Shown here: piece after piece, positions 1-10,211 of the stretch
Layout: each line of letters opens with the position of its first letter
Numbering within the stretch: the stretch's first letter is position 1
Origin: Pontiella sp.
Lineage (GTDB): Bacteria > Verrucomicrobiota > Kiritimatiellia > Kiritimatiellales > Pontiellaceae
Assembly: GCA_050290185.1 (NCBI GenBank)
Contig: JBNKHE010000001.1
Coordinates: forward strand, 706,713 to 770,712
Direction of reading: 5' to 3'
Length of the DNA: 64,000 nt
The notes under the pieces: generated by a model
Told to the model about the DNA's origin: nothing
What the model saw: only the letters and a program-made list of their open reading frames with translations
Databases searched by the model: none
Translations under genes and position numbers: made by a program

Positions 1-2
1 TC

Positions 3-470
3 GGACGGCCGAGGCTTGGATTTCCGACGGACGAAATTATCGCCGCTATCGAGGATTTTCTGGGTTGGTCCAACACCAGCGATGCCATTCTTGTGGGAGT
101 GGGCAACCTGGGACGTGCCTTGCTGGGTTACACCGGCTTCGAACAGCACGGAATGCGAATTGTTGCAGCATTCGACAGCAACCCGGATATCATCGGCACC
201 CAGGTTCACGGCAAAACCGTAATCGATGTCCAAAGGCTGCCCGCGATAGCCAAGGAGATGCACGTGCAGATCGGCGTCCTGACGGTGACCGCATCGGTCG
301 CGCAACAGGTAGCCAATGCGATGATCGAAGGCGGCATCCGGGCCATCTGGAACTTCACACCGACCACTCTTGATATTCCGGCGGAAGTCATCCTGCAGCG
401 CGAAGAGCTGGCCTCCAGTCTGGCCGTCCTTTCACATCGGCTACTCGTTGAGGGCGGTCGGACCCCCTAG
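3..470 (+). CDS. rex: Redox-sensing transcriptional repressor Rex (5'-truncated by window edge)
   Basis: Frame open from position 3 (GRPRLGF...IEDFLGW...AILVGVGNLGRALLGY); NADH-binding GxGNLG motif, AAFD, and AIWNFTP typical of Rex. Confidence 0.93.
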   Translation, partial: GRPRLGFPTDEIIAAIEDFLGWSNTSDAILVGVGNLGRALLGYTGFEQHGMRIVAAFDSNPDIIGTQVHGKTVIDVQRLPAIAKEMHVQIGVLTVTASVAQQVANAMIEGGIRAIWNFTPTTLDIPAEVILQREELASSLAVLSHRLLVEGGRTP

Positions 471-473
471 ACG

Positions 474-511
474 AAAAAAGCCAAGGCAGATACCTTGGCT
501 TCGAGATCCGT
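474..511 (-). terminator. Intrinsic terminator between convergent rex and EPS locus
   Basis: Stem AAGCCAAGG-cagata-CCTTGGCTT with an A-tract on the left, which is a U-tract on the minus strand. Confidence 0.75.
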
Positions 512-524
512 CTGCAACAGACAG

Positions 525-1184
525 TCAGGCAGAGAACACGGTCTTACGCGCATAAAAACCTTCAGCGTAGCCGGACGGGGAACAGGATTCCATGCCGCGG
601 ATGCGCATCAGCCCCAAAAAAAGCTCCTCGCAAAACCAATGCTTGGATTGCTGTGTACCAAAGAACCGCATGAGCGCAACGGCCTTTGCCCTGGCGACCT
701 CTTCCGACACCGGAATGTAAAAATTGGGAGATCCCATGTCTCCATCGTATTTTGGGATTTCATACTCCAGCACGAAGTGATTGCGAAAGGTGTTCCCGGA
801 GAGTTGGTTTATGATGCGGTGGTCCTGATGGGAATCGTCCCGGTAGTGCGTAAAGATGATGTCCGGCTCGAAGGAGCTCTTGAGCCGCTCAAAAGTCTCC
901 TTTATCCCAGCCCATTCGTTCGGAAAAAATCCGTCTCGGAAGCTATGAAAATCTGTGGCCTTGGCCTCCACCGCATCAAGCCAGTAGCCGGCGCTGACTT
1001 TAGCTTCCTCCGCCCGCGAACGGTCGCCGCTGAACACCACCCACCGTACGTCGAGCGGCTGACCGCTTTCGTGAAGCTGCAAAAGAGAGGCACCACAGCC
1101 GATTTCAATATCATCGCTATGGGCGCCCAGGCACAACACCCGCAAAGGGCTTCCGCTTTCCAATTTCGGGGTCAATTCAAGCAT
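525..1184 (-). CDS. PIG-L/LmbE family deacetylase
   Basis: AHSDDIEIGCG and HQDH metal-binding motifs. Confidence 0.9.
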   Translation of the reverse strand: MLELTPKLESGSPLRVLCLGAHSDDIEIGCGASLLQLHESGQPLDVRWVVFSGDRSRAEEAKVSAGYWLDAVEAKATDFHSFRDGFFPNEWAGIKETFERLKSSFEPDIIFTHYRDDSHQDHRIINQLSGNTFRNHFVLEYEIPKYDGDMGSPNFYIPVSEEVARAKAVALMRFFGTQQSKHWFCEELFLGLMRIRGMESCSPSGYAEGFYARKTVFSA

Positions 1185-1202
1185 CGGACCATCCCTTTCC
1201 GT

Positions 1203-1976
1203 TTAATCGTTTCTCCAGGGAGCATTGCCTTGCTCGTACAAGTCGTCGAGCATCTGCTTTTCCTTGAACGTATCCATGCAGCCCCAAAATCCAGTATACT
1301 TATGTGCATATAACTTGGATTCGGCAATCAACCGCTGGAAAGGCTGCATGACCAGCTCGTCACCTTCCTCAATGTAGTCGAAGATTTCAGGACTCAAAAC
1401 GAAGTAGCCCCCATTGACCCAAAAGTCCGCGGCGTTGGTATCCTCGATTTTTTTTACCAGCCCGGTTTTGGCATCGGCATCGACGCAATGAAAACTGTGA
1501 TAGGGCTTGATACACAAAAAGCTCGCGATGGCTCCGCGCCGCCTGTGCTCCTCGACCAGCTCCGGAATCGGTTGGTCCGTGAGTCCATCGCTGTAGTTGG
1601 CCAAGAAGACTTCCTCGCCGTCAAGATGCTCCTTCACCGCCATCAGACGCTCGGCAATGGTGGACTTCAATCCGGTATCCACGAAGGTAATGCGCCAATC
1701 ATCAATGTCGCTATGGAGCAATGTGATGTCACGGCCACCGTTTTCCATGACAAAATCGTTAGTGAGGCTTTCATCATAGTTCAGGAAGTAGCTCTTGATC
1801 GCATCGGCCTTGTAGCCCAGACAAAGGATGAAATCCTTGTAGCCGAACCTGGCATAGTATTCCATTACATGCCACAGCACCGGCCGGTAGCCGATCGGAA
1901 CCATGGGCTTGGGAATCTGGTCGGAATAATCCCGAAGACGTGTGCCCAATCCCCCGCAGAACAGAACCACTTTCAT
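1203..1976 (-). CDS. Glucose-1-phosphate cytidylyltransferase-like nucleotidyltransferase (copy 2)
   Basis: VVLFCGGLGTRL, PKPMVPIG, VDTG, NGGYFV, MDTFKE, APW motifs of the RfbF family. Confidence 0.88.
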   Translation of the reverse strand: MKVVLFCGGLGTRLRDYSDQIPKPMVPIGYRPVLWHVMEYYARFGYKDFILCLGYKADAIKSYFLNYDESLTNDFVMENGGRDITLLHSDIDDWRITFVDTGLKSTIAERLMAVKEHLDGEEVFLANYSDGLTDQPIPELVEEHRRRGAIASFLCIKPYHSFHCVDADAKTGLVKKIEDTNAADFWVNGGYFVLSPEIFDYIEEGDELVMQPFQRLIAESKLYAHKYTGFWGCMDTFKEKQMLDDLYEQGNAPWRND

Positions 1977-2006
1977 GATGCTTCCTCCACTTGCATGCCA
2001 ACTCTC

Positions 2007-3248
2007 TTACTCGACAACGTCTATCTCGGGGATCGGCACAATAAACCGACATCCCCAAGAGCGCACATGCGCCACGTTCGCCATGATCTCTTTTTTTAGG
2101 TTCCAAGGCAAAATTAAAAGATAGTCGGGACGCGCTTCGTCAATTTTTTCCAGGGGATAGACCGGAATTCGCGACCCGGGGAGCAACCGCCCATGCTTAT
2201 ACGGGTTCCGGTCCACGGTAAAGTCGATGAAGTCGGTCCCGATACCGCAGTAGTTCAACAGGGTATTGCCTTTGCCGGGAGCACCATAGCCGGCAATCGA
2301 CTTGCCACTTTGCTTGAGCTCAATCAACAACGACAGCAGGGCCCGTTTCGCCGCCTTCACCCGCGCGCCAAAACCTTCATAGGTCGCTATTTCAGCATAA
2401 CCTGCCTCCAGCTCCCGGCGACGCATGTCGAGCACCCGCGGCGTTATGTCCGCTGCGTGGGCTCCCTCGTGACAGGCATAGATGCGGATCGACCCGCCAT
2501 GGCTTGGAAGTTCTTCCACATCGAACAGGCGCAAGCCATGCGCCGCAAAGATGCGTTCTGCCACGAGAAACGAAAAATAGCTGAAATGTTCATGGTAGAT
2601 CGTGTCGTACTGGCACTGGTCGATCAACTGCATCAGATGCGGGAATTCCAGGGTTGCAACGCCGGTCGGCCGGAGCAGAACCCGGATACCTTCCACAAAC
2701 CCGTTTAGATCCGGAACCTGCGCAAGCACATTGTTGCCGATGACCAGATCCGCCTGCTGGCCTTCGGCAACCATTTTCCGCGCAACTGCGGCATTGAAGA
2801 ATTCCATCAGAGTGGGCACGCCGACCTCTTCCGCAGCCCGGGCCACGTTCTCCGCGGGCTCCACACCGAGACATGGAATCCCTTTCTCGCAAAAATTGCG
2901 GAGCAGGTAACCATCATTGCTCGCCAGCTCGACGACGAAGCTTTCCGAGTCGAGTCCAAAACGTTCCGTCACCATCGCGGCATAATCCGCGGCATGTCGC
3001 ATCCATGAATCGGAAAATGAGGAGAAATAGGCATAGTCCTTAAAAATATGCTCCGGGCTCACATACTCATCAAGTTGCAGCAACAGACAGTTTCCACACG
3101 CCATAAGCTTCAATGGATAGAAGGGCTCCATCGCGTTGTACTGGTCCGGCTCAACAAAGGATTCGCACAGCGGCGACATGCCCAAATCGACCACCGTATG
3201 TTCGAGCGGTTGGCCACAAAACCGACATAATGATTTTTGTTCGTACAT
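2007..3248 (-). CDS. NDP-hexose C-methyltransferase family SAM-dependent methyltransferase
   Basis: N-terminal CxxC...CxxC Zn site, ELASNDG SAM motif, YHEHFSYFS, HGGS, and GYGAPGKGNT C-terminal domain. Confidence 0.9.
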   Translation of the reverse strand: MYEQKSLCRFCGQPLEHTVVDLGMSPLCESFVEPDQYNAMEPFYPLKLMACGNCLLLQLDEYVSPEHIFKDYAYFSSFSDSWMRHAADYAAMVTERFGLDSESFVVELASNDGYLLRNFCEKGIPCLGVEPAENVARAAEEVGVPTLMEFFNAAVARKMVAEGQQADLVIGNNVLAQVPDLNGFVEGIRVLLRPTGVATLEFPHLMQLIDQCQYDTIYHEHFSYFSFLVAERIFAAHGLRLFDVEELPSHGGSIRIYACHEGAHAADITPRVLDMRRRELEAGYAEIATYEGFGARVKAAKRALLSLLIELKQSGKSIAGYGAPGKGNTLLNYCGIGTDFIDFTVDRNPYKHGRLLPGSRIPVYPLEKIDEARPDYLLILPWNLKKEIMANVAHVRSWGCRFIVPIPEIDVVE

Positions 3249-3375
3249 AAATAAAATAAGGGCCCGCAGGCTCCAAGGGTTGATCCCCCATCAACCGGTC
3301 CAATGACGACCGAAGGCCGGGATGCTTTGTCCCAAGGGGCGGGGCAAGGTAAAGAGTTGATGTTTAATTTCGAAA

Positions 3376-3900
3376 TTAAAGAAGTGGCCAGCGCTGATCC
3401 TTATCGCTCACAATTTTCGGTTCGACTGGCCATTCGATCCCCAGCTTCGGATCATTGTAACGCACACCACGCTCGCACTCCGGAGCATAGAAGCCCCCGA
3501 CAAGATAGTAGGCCTGGCTGTCCGGTTTCAGCGTCAGAAAACCATGTGCAAAATGGGCCGGAACAAAAAGCATCTTCTGATTTTCCGGCGTCAATTCGAT
3601 TCCGAAATGCTGCATGTATGTGGGTGATTCAGGCCGCATATCGACGATCACATCGTAGATGGCTCCACGAGTGCAACGCATGAACTTGGTCTCGGGAACG
3701 GGATCGACTTGGTAATGCATGCCACGCAACGTGCCGGCATCGCGGCTGAACGAGGTATTGCACTGCACAAAGGTCGAGGGCATGCCGTGCTCCTCAAACT
3801 CCTTTTGGCAGAACGCTCGGGCGAAATAGCCGCGTTCGTCGCCAATCGGGGTTTCGGTAACGATCCATGCGCCTTTCAGGGGAGTGGGTTCAAACTGCAT
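3376..3900 (-). CDS. rfbC: dTDP-4-dehydrorhamnose 3,5-epimerase family
   Basis: DERGYF, TLRGMHYQ, DVIVDMRPESPT, AHGF, DP.LGIEWP, SDKD motifs. Confidence 0.93.
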   Translation of the reverse strand: MQFEPTPLKGAWIVTETPIGDERGYFARAFCQKEFEEHGMPSTFVQCNTSFSRDAGTLRGMHYQVDPVPETKFMRCTRGAIYDVIVDMRPESPTYMQHFGIELTPENQKMLFVPAHFAHGFLTLKPDSQAYYLVGGFYAPECERGVRYNDPKLGIEWPVEPKIVSDKDQRWPLL

Positions 3901-3903
3901 AGA

Positions 3904-4683
3904 CTAATCCTTCCATACTTTCCAGGGAGCGTTGTTTTTGGACCAGAGATCTTCCAGCACATGCTTGTCACGAAGCGTATCCATGGGATGCCAGAAATCC
4001 TCATGCCGGAATGCGTTCAACTGCCCTTCGTGCGCCAATTGCTGCAAGGGCCGGCGTTCCCAGACCTCCGCGTCGGATTCGATGTAATCGAGCACTTTGG
4101 GTTCCAGCACAAAATAACCGCCATTAATCCACGCTCCATCGCCATGGGGCTTTTCCTGAAAATGCGTGACTTCGACCTGGTCATGCTCCAGCGTGAACGC
4201 GCCAAAACGTCCCGGAGCCATAACGGCGGCCATGGTTGCCAAACTGCCGGATTGGCGATGGAAATCGATCTCTGCCGTAATATCGATATTGCAAACACCG
4301 TCACCATAGGTCATGCAGAAGGTCTCGTCGTCAAGGTATTCACGTACACGAAGCAATCGCCCGCCCGTCATGGTTTCCTGCCCGGTATCGACACAGGTAA
4401 CGCGCCATGGCTCAACCTTTCTATGATGATATTCCGCCGTGTTGTTCGCCAGATCAAACGTCACGTCGGCTCCTGACAGAAACATCCTCGAAAAATAGTC
4501 CTTGATCATGAAGCCCTTGTATCCACACGCCACGATAAAATCGGTGATGCCATGGGAGGCATAGGTTTTCATGATATGCCATAAAATCGGCTGATCCCCG
4601 ATGCCAACCATGGGCTTGGGCCTAACGGCGCTCTCTTCGCTGATACGCGTTCCGTATCCTCCGGCTAAAATCACTGCTTTCAT
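3904..4683 (-). CDS. rfbF: Glucose-1-phosphate cytidylyltransferase
   Basis: [48 protein letters not shown]; start trimmed to ATG at 4683. Confidence 0.95.
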   Translation of the reverse strand: MKAVILAGGYGTRISEESAVRPKPMVGIGDQPILWHIMKTYASHGITDFIVACGYKGFMIKDYFSRMFLSGADVTFDLANNTAEYHHRKVEPWRVTCVDTGQETMTGGRLLRVREYLDDETFCMTYGDGVCNIDITAEIDFHRQSGSLATMAAVMAPGRFGAFTLEHDQVEVTHFQEKPHGDGAWINGGYFVLEPKVLDYIESDAEVWERRPLQQLAHEGQLNAFRHEDFWHPMDTLRDKHVLEDLWSKNNAPWKVWKD

Positions 4684-4702
4684 CGCTTCCTCGAATTCTT
4701 CG

Positions 4703-5911
4703 TTAACTGTTTTGGAGCTTTTCAATTTCATCGACCATATAGGCCGTAAAAGGAATAGAACAGGTCCACCCCGGGGAAACCGAGTTCAACACATGGAATG
4801 ACCGGTCATCGCCCTCAAACACGAAATCCATCTCCAGACTTTTCTTTTTTAGATTGAGCAGCTGCGCACGAATGCCCGACGGCCCCCAGTGGGTCAGTGT
4901 CGGAAAATCCAGCCCGGTGGCCAACGACTGCGACAGCCTGACAAGGTGGGCGCGGTGGTATTTGCGCAGCTCTTCGCACGCGAGGCGCCGGAAATTGAAA
5001 TCGGCCTTAAGCATCAGCTGCGAGCCCAGCCCCATGGTCTGGAGCAGCTCACCAAAATTAAAGTGCTCCATGCCCTTGTATTGCTCGCGCCAGAACGCCG
5101 GAATCGCAGTAGGGCCAATCTTGTGGTGGCCATCAACAGTGACCGTCACATGCACACCAAGAAACGGATTCTGAAGATTGGGGACCGGATATATGTTGGT
5201 CTTAAAACTGCCGGCAGGTTCGCTGGATTTAAGGTAGAGCCCCTTGAACGGCAAAATCGCATAGTTCTTTCCAAACCCAAATTGGTGCGCCACCTTGTCG
5301 GCATAGAGCCCGGCGGCGTTGATGACATAGCCCGCATTGAACTCCAGACTTTGGGTCCACACCCGGTTCCCCTTGGATTTCACAAAAGGCTCGGAGCAGA
5401 GGAACTCAATGCCCTGTTCCGAGGCATCTTTGCGGAAGGCCGCCAACACGGGCCTAGGATCGGCCGTTGCCGTTGCGGGACTCCACAAGGCATGCTTGCA
5501 GGTCTTGACCCGCGGTTCGATTTCCAATGCTTCTTTTTCGGATATCTTATGTAACTCGACGCCATTGGCCTGACCGCGCATCAGCAGCTCATCCAGGACC
5601 GCCAGTTCCGATTCATCCTTCGCCACCACCAGCTTGCCGCATTCGTTCAGCGGAATGCCGTGCTCACGGATATAGTCCTTCATTGCGGCATTGCCGTCGC
5701 GTGTAAAGCGCGCTTTCAGACTGTTGGCCGTATAGTAGAACCCGGCATGTACAACACCACTGTTGCGCCCGCTTCCATGGAGCCCCAATGTCGGCTCCTT
5801 ATCCACCACACATACCGATACCGCGGGATTACGCCGCTTCAGATGCAACGCCATGTTGATGCCGATAACGCCGCCGCCAATAATCAGATAATCTACTGTT
5901 CTTGCTGCCAT
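4703..5911 (-). CDS. lhgO: L-2-hydroxyglutarate oxidase-like FAD-dependent oxidoreductase
   Basis: GGGVIG FAD motif, [34 protein letters not shown]. Confidence 0.85.
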   Translation of the reverse strand: MAARTVDYLIIGGGVIGINMALHLKRRNPAVSVCVVDKEPTLGLHGSGRNSGVVHAGFYYTANSLKARFTRDGNAAMKDYIREHGIPLNECGKLVVAKDESELAVLDELLMRGQANGVELHKISEKEALEIEPRVKTCKHALWSPATATADPRPVLAAFRKDASEQGIEFLCSEPFVKSKGNRVWTQSLEFNAGYVINAAGLYADKVAHQFGFGKNYAILPFKGLYLKSSEPAGSFKTNIYPVPNLQNPFLGVHVTVTVDGHHKIGPTAIPAFWREQYKGMEHFNFGELLQTMGLGSQLMLKADFNFRRLACEELRKYHRAHLVRLSQSLATGLDFPTLTHWGPSGIRAQLLNLKKKSLEMDFVFEGDDRSFHVLNSVSPGWTCSIPFTAYMVDEIEKLQNS

Positions 5912-5927
5912 TTACGTTCTTTTCCCA

Positions 5928-6716
5928 CTAGGTTGCCGGCTTGTGTTCCCGACAGGGAAGGTACTTCCGTACGTAAGCCGAAATCTCCTCGAACGAGATG
6001 CTTTCCACCAAAGCGAAGGACAATGTGAACGGGACGGTTTCAACCAGAAAGCCAAATCCATCCTTATCGGTGCGCCCAAAGCCAAAGACCGTCATACCGC
6101 CCTTCCCGCCCATCGGCCAATAGGTGTCGACAAAGGAGTCCGGCCCATCGTAAGCCATGGCGAGACTTCGTTTTGTTTTTGGATCGCAGAATGCCACCCA
6201 TTTGGGGTCGGGGGTTGGTTCCCTGAACCTTTCCGAACACCCTCTACAAGTGCCATCCGACCAATAGACAAATTGCTTCTGCGGGTTGAATTTTCCGCCC
6301 GGAGTTCCTTCGTAAAGCAACCACACCGGCTCCGCAATCCGATGAGCAGTCATAACCGCATGGGAGGTATAGATGCTCCAGTCCACCTCCCACGCGCCGG
6401 CGGCAGCCGTTGACTTCAACGTGGCGGATGACTCTGTTTCATCCAGCAGTTCCGTTTGTCCCGTCACATAGCCCGGGTGCCCGAAGGTGTTGTAGCCCAT
6501 ATTCGGTATACCGCGATAATCGCCCCGCTCTTTCCCTTTTGGATGATAGCCGATCCAGTCGTTTCCATCCCGATCAATCAAACTGGAAAAAGCGCAGCCT
6601 TGCTTGTGATACCGATAGATAGCCCGTTCCGTCTGTATTTCAAACGACTCCTGCCCCTCATCCACCAATCCATCCCGGCATGCCACGGTCCGTTTCATCG
6701 TCTGCTCCGGATTCAT
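5928..6716 (-). CDS. Hypothetical protein (possible galactose-mutarotase-like beta-sandwich)
   Basis: 262-aa ORF coupled to the upstream gene; aromatic/Gly-rich (SSLIDRDGNDWIGY, YRGIPN, LYEGTPGG); fold is a guess. Confidence 0.7.
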   Translation of the reverse strand: MNPEQTMKRTVACRDGLVDEGQESFEIQTERAIYRYHKQGCAFSSLIDRDGNDWIGYHPKGKERGDYRGIPNMGYNTFGHPGYVTGQTELLDETESSATLKSTAAAGAWEVDWSIYTSHAVMTAHRIAEPVWLLYEGTPGGKFNPQKQFVYWSDGTCRGCSERFREPTPDPKWVAFCDPKTKRSLAMAYDGPDSFVDTYWPMGGKGGMTVFGFGRTDKDGFGFLVETVPFTLSFALVESISFEEISAYVRKYLPCREHKPAT

Positions 6717-9001
6717 TACTGGGCGGCATCCACTCGATAGAAAAACGTGTTGCTGGACTCAACCGGAAGTTGCCAGAACACGGCATCACCGGCGTTGGTC
6801 CAGTTGACCAGATCGAATGATTTTTTCAGCTGGATCCAGAGCGTTGCCGTCCCGTTTGAAACCACATACGCTGACTGTCCCATCGCGAGGTCAACCACCG
6901 AGTTCGAAGGATACAGATCGTAGGCCGAGCCGTTATTGCGGATATAATCCACGCGCCACAGATCGCTCTGTAACGGATCCCCGCCATTGGCTACTTCGAG
7001 CCCGTCATCAAATGTGTCTCCGTCACTGTCGGAATTCACCGGGCTCGTGCCCGCATTGAACTCTTCAAGATTGGAGAGCCCGTCTGCATCGGCATCGTTC
7101 GTCGAAGCGGCATTGGTGCCATACAGCCCGTAACTGCCCGCCCAGACATCCAGCGGCGTAATTTCAATCGTTGCGGAATAGACCACGGCGTTACTGGAAG
7201 CAATCGACAGCCGGACGTACACGTTGGTGGCCGGCACCGCGTCCATCCGGTTGGTCACCGTCTCGAACCCGTTGCTCAAGGACGACGTACCCATCACGGC
7301 ATAGCCGCTGTTCGTCCAGCTTCCCGGCACCGCGTTGCTGCCCAGCTCGACCACGTAGGAAAGGTCCAACGCGGCGGCATTCGTTCGCCGGGCATGGATG
7401 TAGTCCACCCAGTTGGTTCCGCCCGCCGGCGAGACCACATAGAAAGGCGCATAGCCGCTGTCGACGGCGTTGGTCGGGTTGCCGCCCATGGCGAATTCGT
7501 AGAGGTCCGGATTACCATCGACATCCGCATCGGCCAACGCATTGGTTAAAAGCGGATCAAGACCATACCCGGCCTCCCAGCCGTCGGGCATAGCATCGCC
7601 ATCGGTGTCTGCGTCCAGAGGATCGGATAAGTAGATATTCACTTCATCTCCATCACTCAGGCCGTCTGCATCGCTATCGGCAACCAACGGATCCGTGCCA
7701 TGGGTATTGATTTCGTCGCCGTCGCTAAGCCCATCAACGTCCGTATCGGCAACCAGAGGATCGGAACCATATGTGTTCACCTCAGTGCCGTCCAAAAGGT
7801 TGTCGTCATCACTGTCGCTATCCCGAGGGTCGGTGCCGAGGCTGTATTCATTCGTATTGAGCAGACCATCGCCATCTGCATCGTCGGAGAAGGTTGCTGT
7901 GATCGACTTGTTGGTATTGATAATCAAGTTCGTACTCGATGTGGTATATCCGCCGGACAGGTCGCCGCTCCATCCCACGAATAGCCAGTTTGTCTCAGGC
8001 GTCGCAATCATAGCGAGGTTGGTACCGATCACATACCAGCCGTTGCTCACGTTGACCGAGCCGTTCCCGTCAAGTATCACCTGTAGCTCGTAATAAGTGG
8101 GAGGCAACGCTGCGACCCGAAATCCGACCTCTGCATGCTCATGGGTAGGACTGAAAGAACTGTGGCGGTATCCGGCAGACATGTGGCTCTCATTTACGTA
8201 GTAGTCGCCGCCACGAATAACCCGATTTGTATTAAGATTGTCGTTGAGAGATCCTTCGTAGGCACTTTCGCACCACTCATAGAGATTCCCGTTCATGTCA
8301 TAGGTGCCGTTTTGTTCCTGTCCCCCGAAGCCCGTCTCCCAGACATAGTTGGGCGAACTGTTCGCATAATGGACCTCCAGAGTTGGATTCCATACCCATT
8401 CGGCATAGTTCCAGCCATTCGTGGTGCCTCGCAACGGCAGGTTCTGCCCGGAGGTCGAACCATTCGCGTATACCGCATACGATCCATCATTTACCGGCTT
8501 GTAGTAGGCCGCCTTAAACCACTCGTTCTCGCTGGGCAGCACATAGACTGTGCCATAAGAAAACATGGCGGCATAGCGATCCACGGCCACTAGCGTACCG
8601 TTGGTATCGAACTGATAGGCACCTGCATAGGCATCGCCGGAGGTCAACCAGTTGGCAAACCGGGCGGCCTCATACCAGGAGACACGAGCAACGGGGGCAC
8701 CGGGGCCGACCGTGCGGGTACCATCATTCCAGTAGTCCTCGTTGCCACTGCCAATGCGGCTGTCCTCGGCTCTGGCCTTGAAAAACTGTTCGACACTAAC
8801 TTCGTACGTCCCGATGCTATAGGTATGATCGACGGAACCAAACCCGGAAGAATCCGCCAGGTTTCCGGGATTTCCGATCTCCAGGAAAGCCATGGAAAAC
8901 TGATTGGAGCCCGTACCAAACGTCGCCGCCTCTACGCTGGCAACCGCCAGCGTTACGGCGAATAGTATGGTTCCTTTCACTCTGTTCATGGTCGTTTCCA
9001 T
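6716..9001 (-). CDS. Secreted SUMF1/FGE-like domain protein with InlB-like repeat, Asp-rich Ca-binding repeats and C-terminal FYR-type domain
   Basis: Signal peptide; [29 protein letters not shown]; DxDxDGL repeats; ends FFYRVDAAQ. Confidence 0.85.
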   Translation of the reverse strand: METTMNRVKGTILFAVTLAVASVEAATFGTGSNQFSMAFLEIGNPGNLADSSGFGSVDHTYSIGTYEVSVEQFFKARAEDSRIGSGNEDYWNDGTRTVGPGAPVARVSWYEAARFANWLTSGDAYAGAYQFDTNGTLVAVDRYAAMFSYGTVYVLPSENEWFKAAYYKPVNDGSYAVYANGSTSGQNLPLRGTTNGWNYAEWVWNPTLEVHYANSSPNYVWETGFGGQEQNGTYDMNGNLYEWCESAYEGSLNDNLNTNRVIRGGDYYVNESHMSAGYRHSSFSPTHEHAEVGFRVAALPPTYYELQVILDGNGSVNVSNGWYVIGTNLAMIATPETNWLFVGWSGDLSGGYTTSSTNLIINTNKSITATFSDDADGDGLLNTNEYSLGTDPRDSDSDDDNLLDGTEVNTYGSDPLVADTDVDGLSDGDEINTHGTDPLVADSDADGLSDGDEVNIYLSDPLDADTDGDAMPDGWEAGYGLDPLLTNALADADVDGNPDLYEFAMGGNPTNAVDSGYAPFYVVSPAGGTNWVDYIHARRTNAAALDLSYVVELGSNAVPGSWTNSGYAVMGTSSLSNGFETVTNRMDAVPATNVYVRLSIASSNAVVYSATIEITPLDVWAGSYGLYGTNAASTNDADADGLSNLEEFNAGTSPVNSDSDGDTFDDGLEVANGGDPLQSDLWRVDYIRNNGSAYDLYPSNSVVDLAMGQSAYVVSNGTATLWIQLKKSFDLVNWTNAGDAVFWQLPVESSNTFFYRVDAAQ
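7580..7885 (-). repeat. Tandem ~23-aa Asp-rich (thrombospondin type 3-like) repeats
   Basis: Repeating [12 protein letters not shown]...GTDPLxA units in the translation; coordinates approximate. Confidence 0.8.
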
Positions 9002-9041
9002 AAACCAATGGGTTCCATTAGTCTATAACTTCTAAGAAACA

Positions 9042-10211
9042 TTACAATCCCAACATTTCCGGATAAAGGCCTCGCTCCGCCAGACTTTGGCGAATCTCCT
9101 CCATATACACGGAGTTCATGACGATAACGACATCGGGTTGGTAATCCTGCAGGAAGTCGGGGTCTACATACTGGATCCCGATACCCGGAATGAAGTTGCC
9201 TTTCATGTGCGGATTGATATCCACCACGTGCTCGACAACCTCCAGATCCGCAAACTGAGTCAGGAACCCAACAGATTTGGAACCTCCGCCCCAAACAACC
9301 ACTTTTTTACCTTCCGCTTTGTAGGCTTCAAGGTTCCGACGCCAATCGCCCAGCTGAGCATTGATTTTTTTCACAAACACCTTGGTTTTGGCTTTGAGTT
9401 CCTCGATCGATTCCTCCAGCGGATGGATCTTTTCCGACGGCTCACCCACCGGCCGGGCCTCGATAAAGAGATACTGGCTGTCGTATTCCAGATACATATC
9501 GAGCACTTCAAATCCCCCCTTGCGGAACAAACGGGCAAACGATCCGGGGCTGAAGTAGGAGCAGTGTTCATAGAAGATATCCCAGAAGGCCTGGATGTCC
9601 AGAATGCGCACAATACTGGGAACCTCAAAGAACAAGACCGGTTTCGAATCGCGGCATGACGAACGAACCGTTTCCATGATCCCGATGGTATCATGTATAT
9701 GCTCCATGGTGTGGCGACAGGTAATGCAGTCCGCCTCGATGTCTCCGTGTTCGCGGGAATAGAACTCCTTGATGAAACGGACATTGGGATCCTCTTCACC
9801 GCGGCCAGGCACCCAGGCCGGATCAATACCGACCCCTTTATTATCGCCAAGCTTGCTGACCAAACGGATAAAATCCCCCTTGCCGCAGCCGATCTCTACG
9901 ACCTGCTTGTTGCGAATGCCATGCTTGTCCAGGAAGCGTTCGGTGACGCCGGTGATGAACTTGACAAACGTTGGGGAGAAGCCCTGCTGGTCTTCATAAC
10001 CCTGCGTGTAATAGTCGATCGATGTATCGAACGCGCTGTTGAAGATAAATCCGCAGGAGTTGCAAAACGTAAGCACGATATCCTGACGGGGAATCGAAAG
10101 GGCCTCCTCGCGGGTCTTGATCGTCACCAAACTCTGGGTTGGCGCATTACGGATCGTGAAAAAATCCTCCAGATCCCCGCCACGACAGTTAGGACAGGCG
10201 GTGTGTTTCAT
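9042..10211 (-). CDS. Second NDP-sugar C-methyltransferase-family SAM methyltransferase
   Basis: CPNC...CNSC Zn site, EIGCGKG, FYEHCSYFS, VVWGGGSK. Confidence 0.87.
   Translation of the reverse strand: MKHTACPNCRGGDLEDFFTIRNAPTQSLVTIKTREEALSIPRQDIVLTFCNSCGFIFNSAFDTSIDYYTQGYEDQQGFSPTFVKFITGVTERFLDKHGIRNKQVVEIGCGKGDFIRLVSKLGDNKGVGIDPAWVPGRGEEDPNVRFIKEFYSREHGDIEADCITCRHTMEHIHDTIGIMETVRSSCRDSKPVLFFEVPSIVRILDIQAFWDIFYEHCSYFSPGSFARLFRKGGFEVLDMYLEYDSQYLFIEARPVGEPSEKIHPLEESIEELKAKTKVFVKKINAQLGDWRRNLEAYKAEGKKVVVWGGGSKSVGFLTQFADLEVVEHVVDINPHMKGNFIPGIGIQYVDPDFLQDYQPDVVIVMNSVYMEEIRQSLAERGLYPEMLGL

Noticed and set aside
6716..9001. Sulfatase-maturating formylglycine-generating enzyme
   Set aside because: Catalytic Cys pair is absent; the architecture is that of a surface protein.
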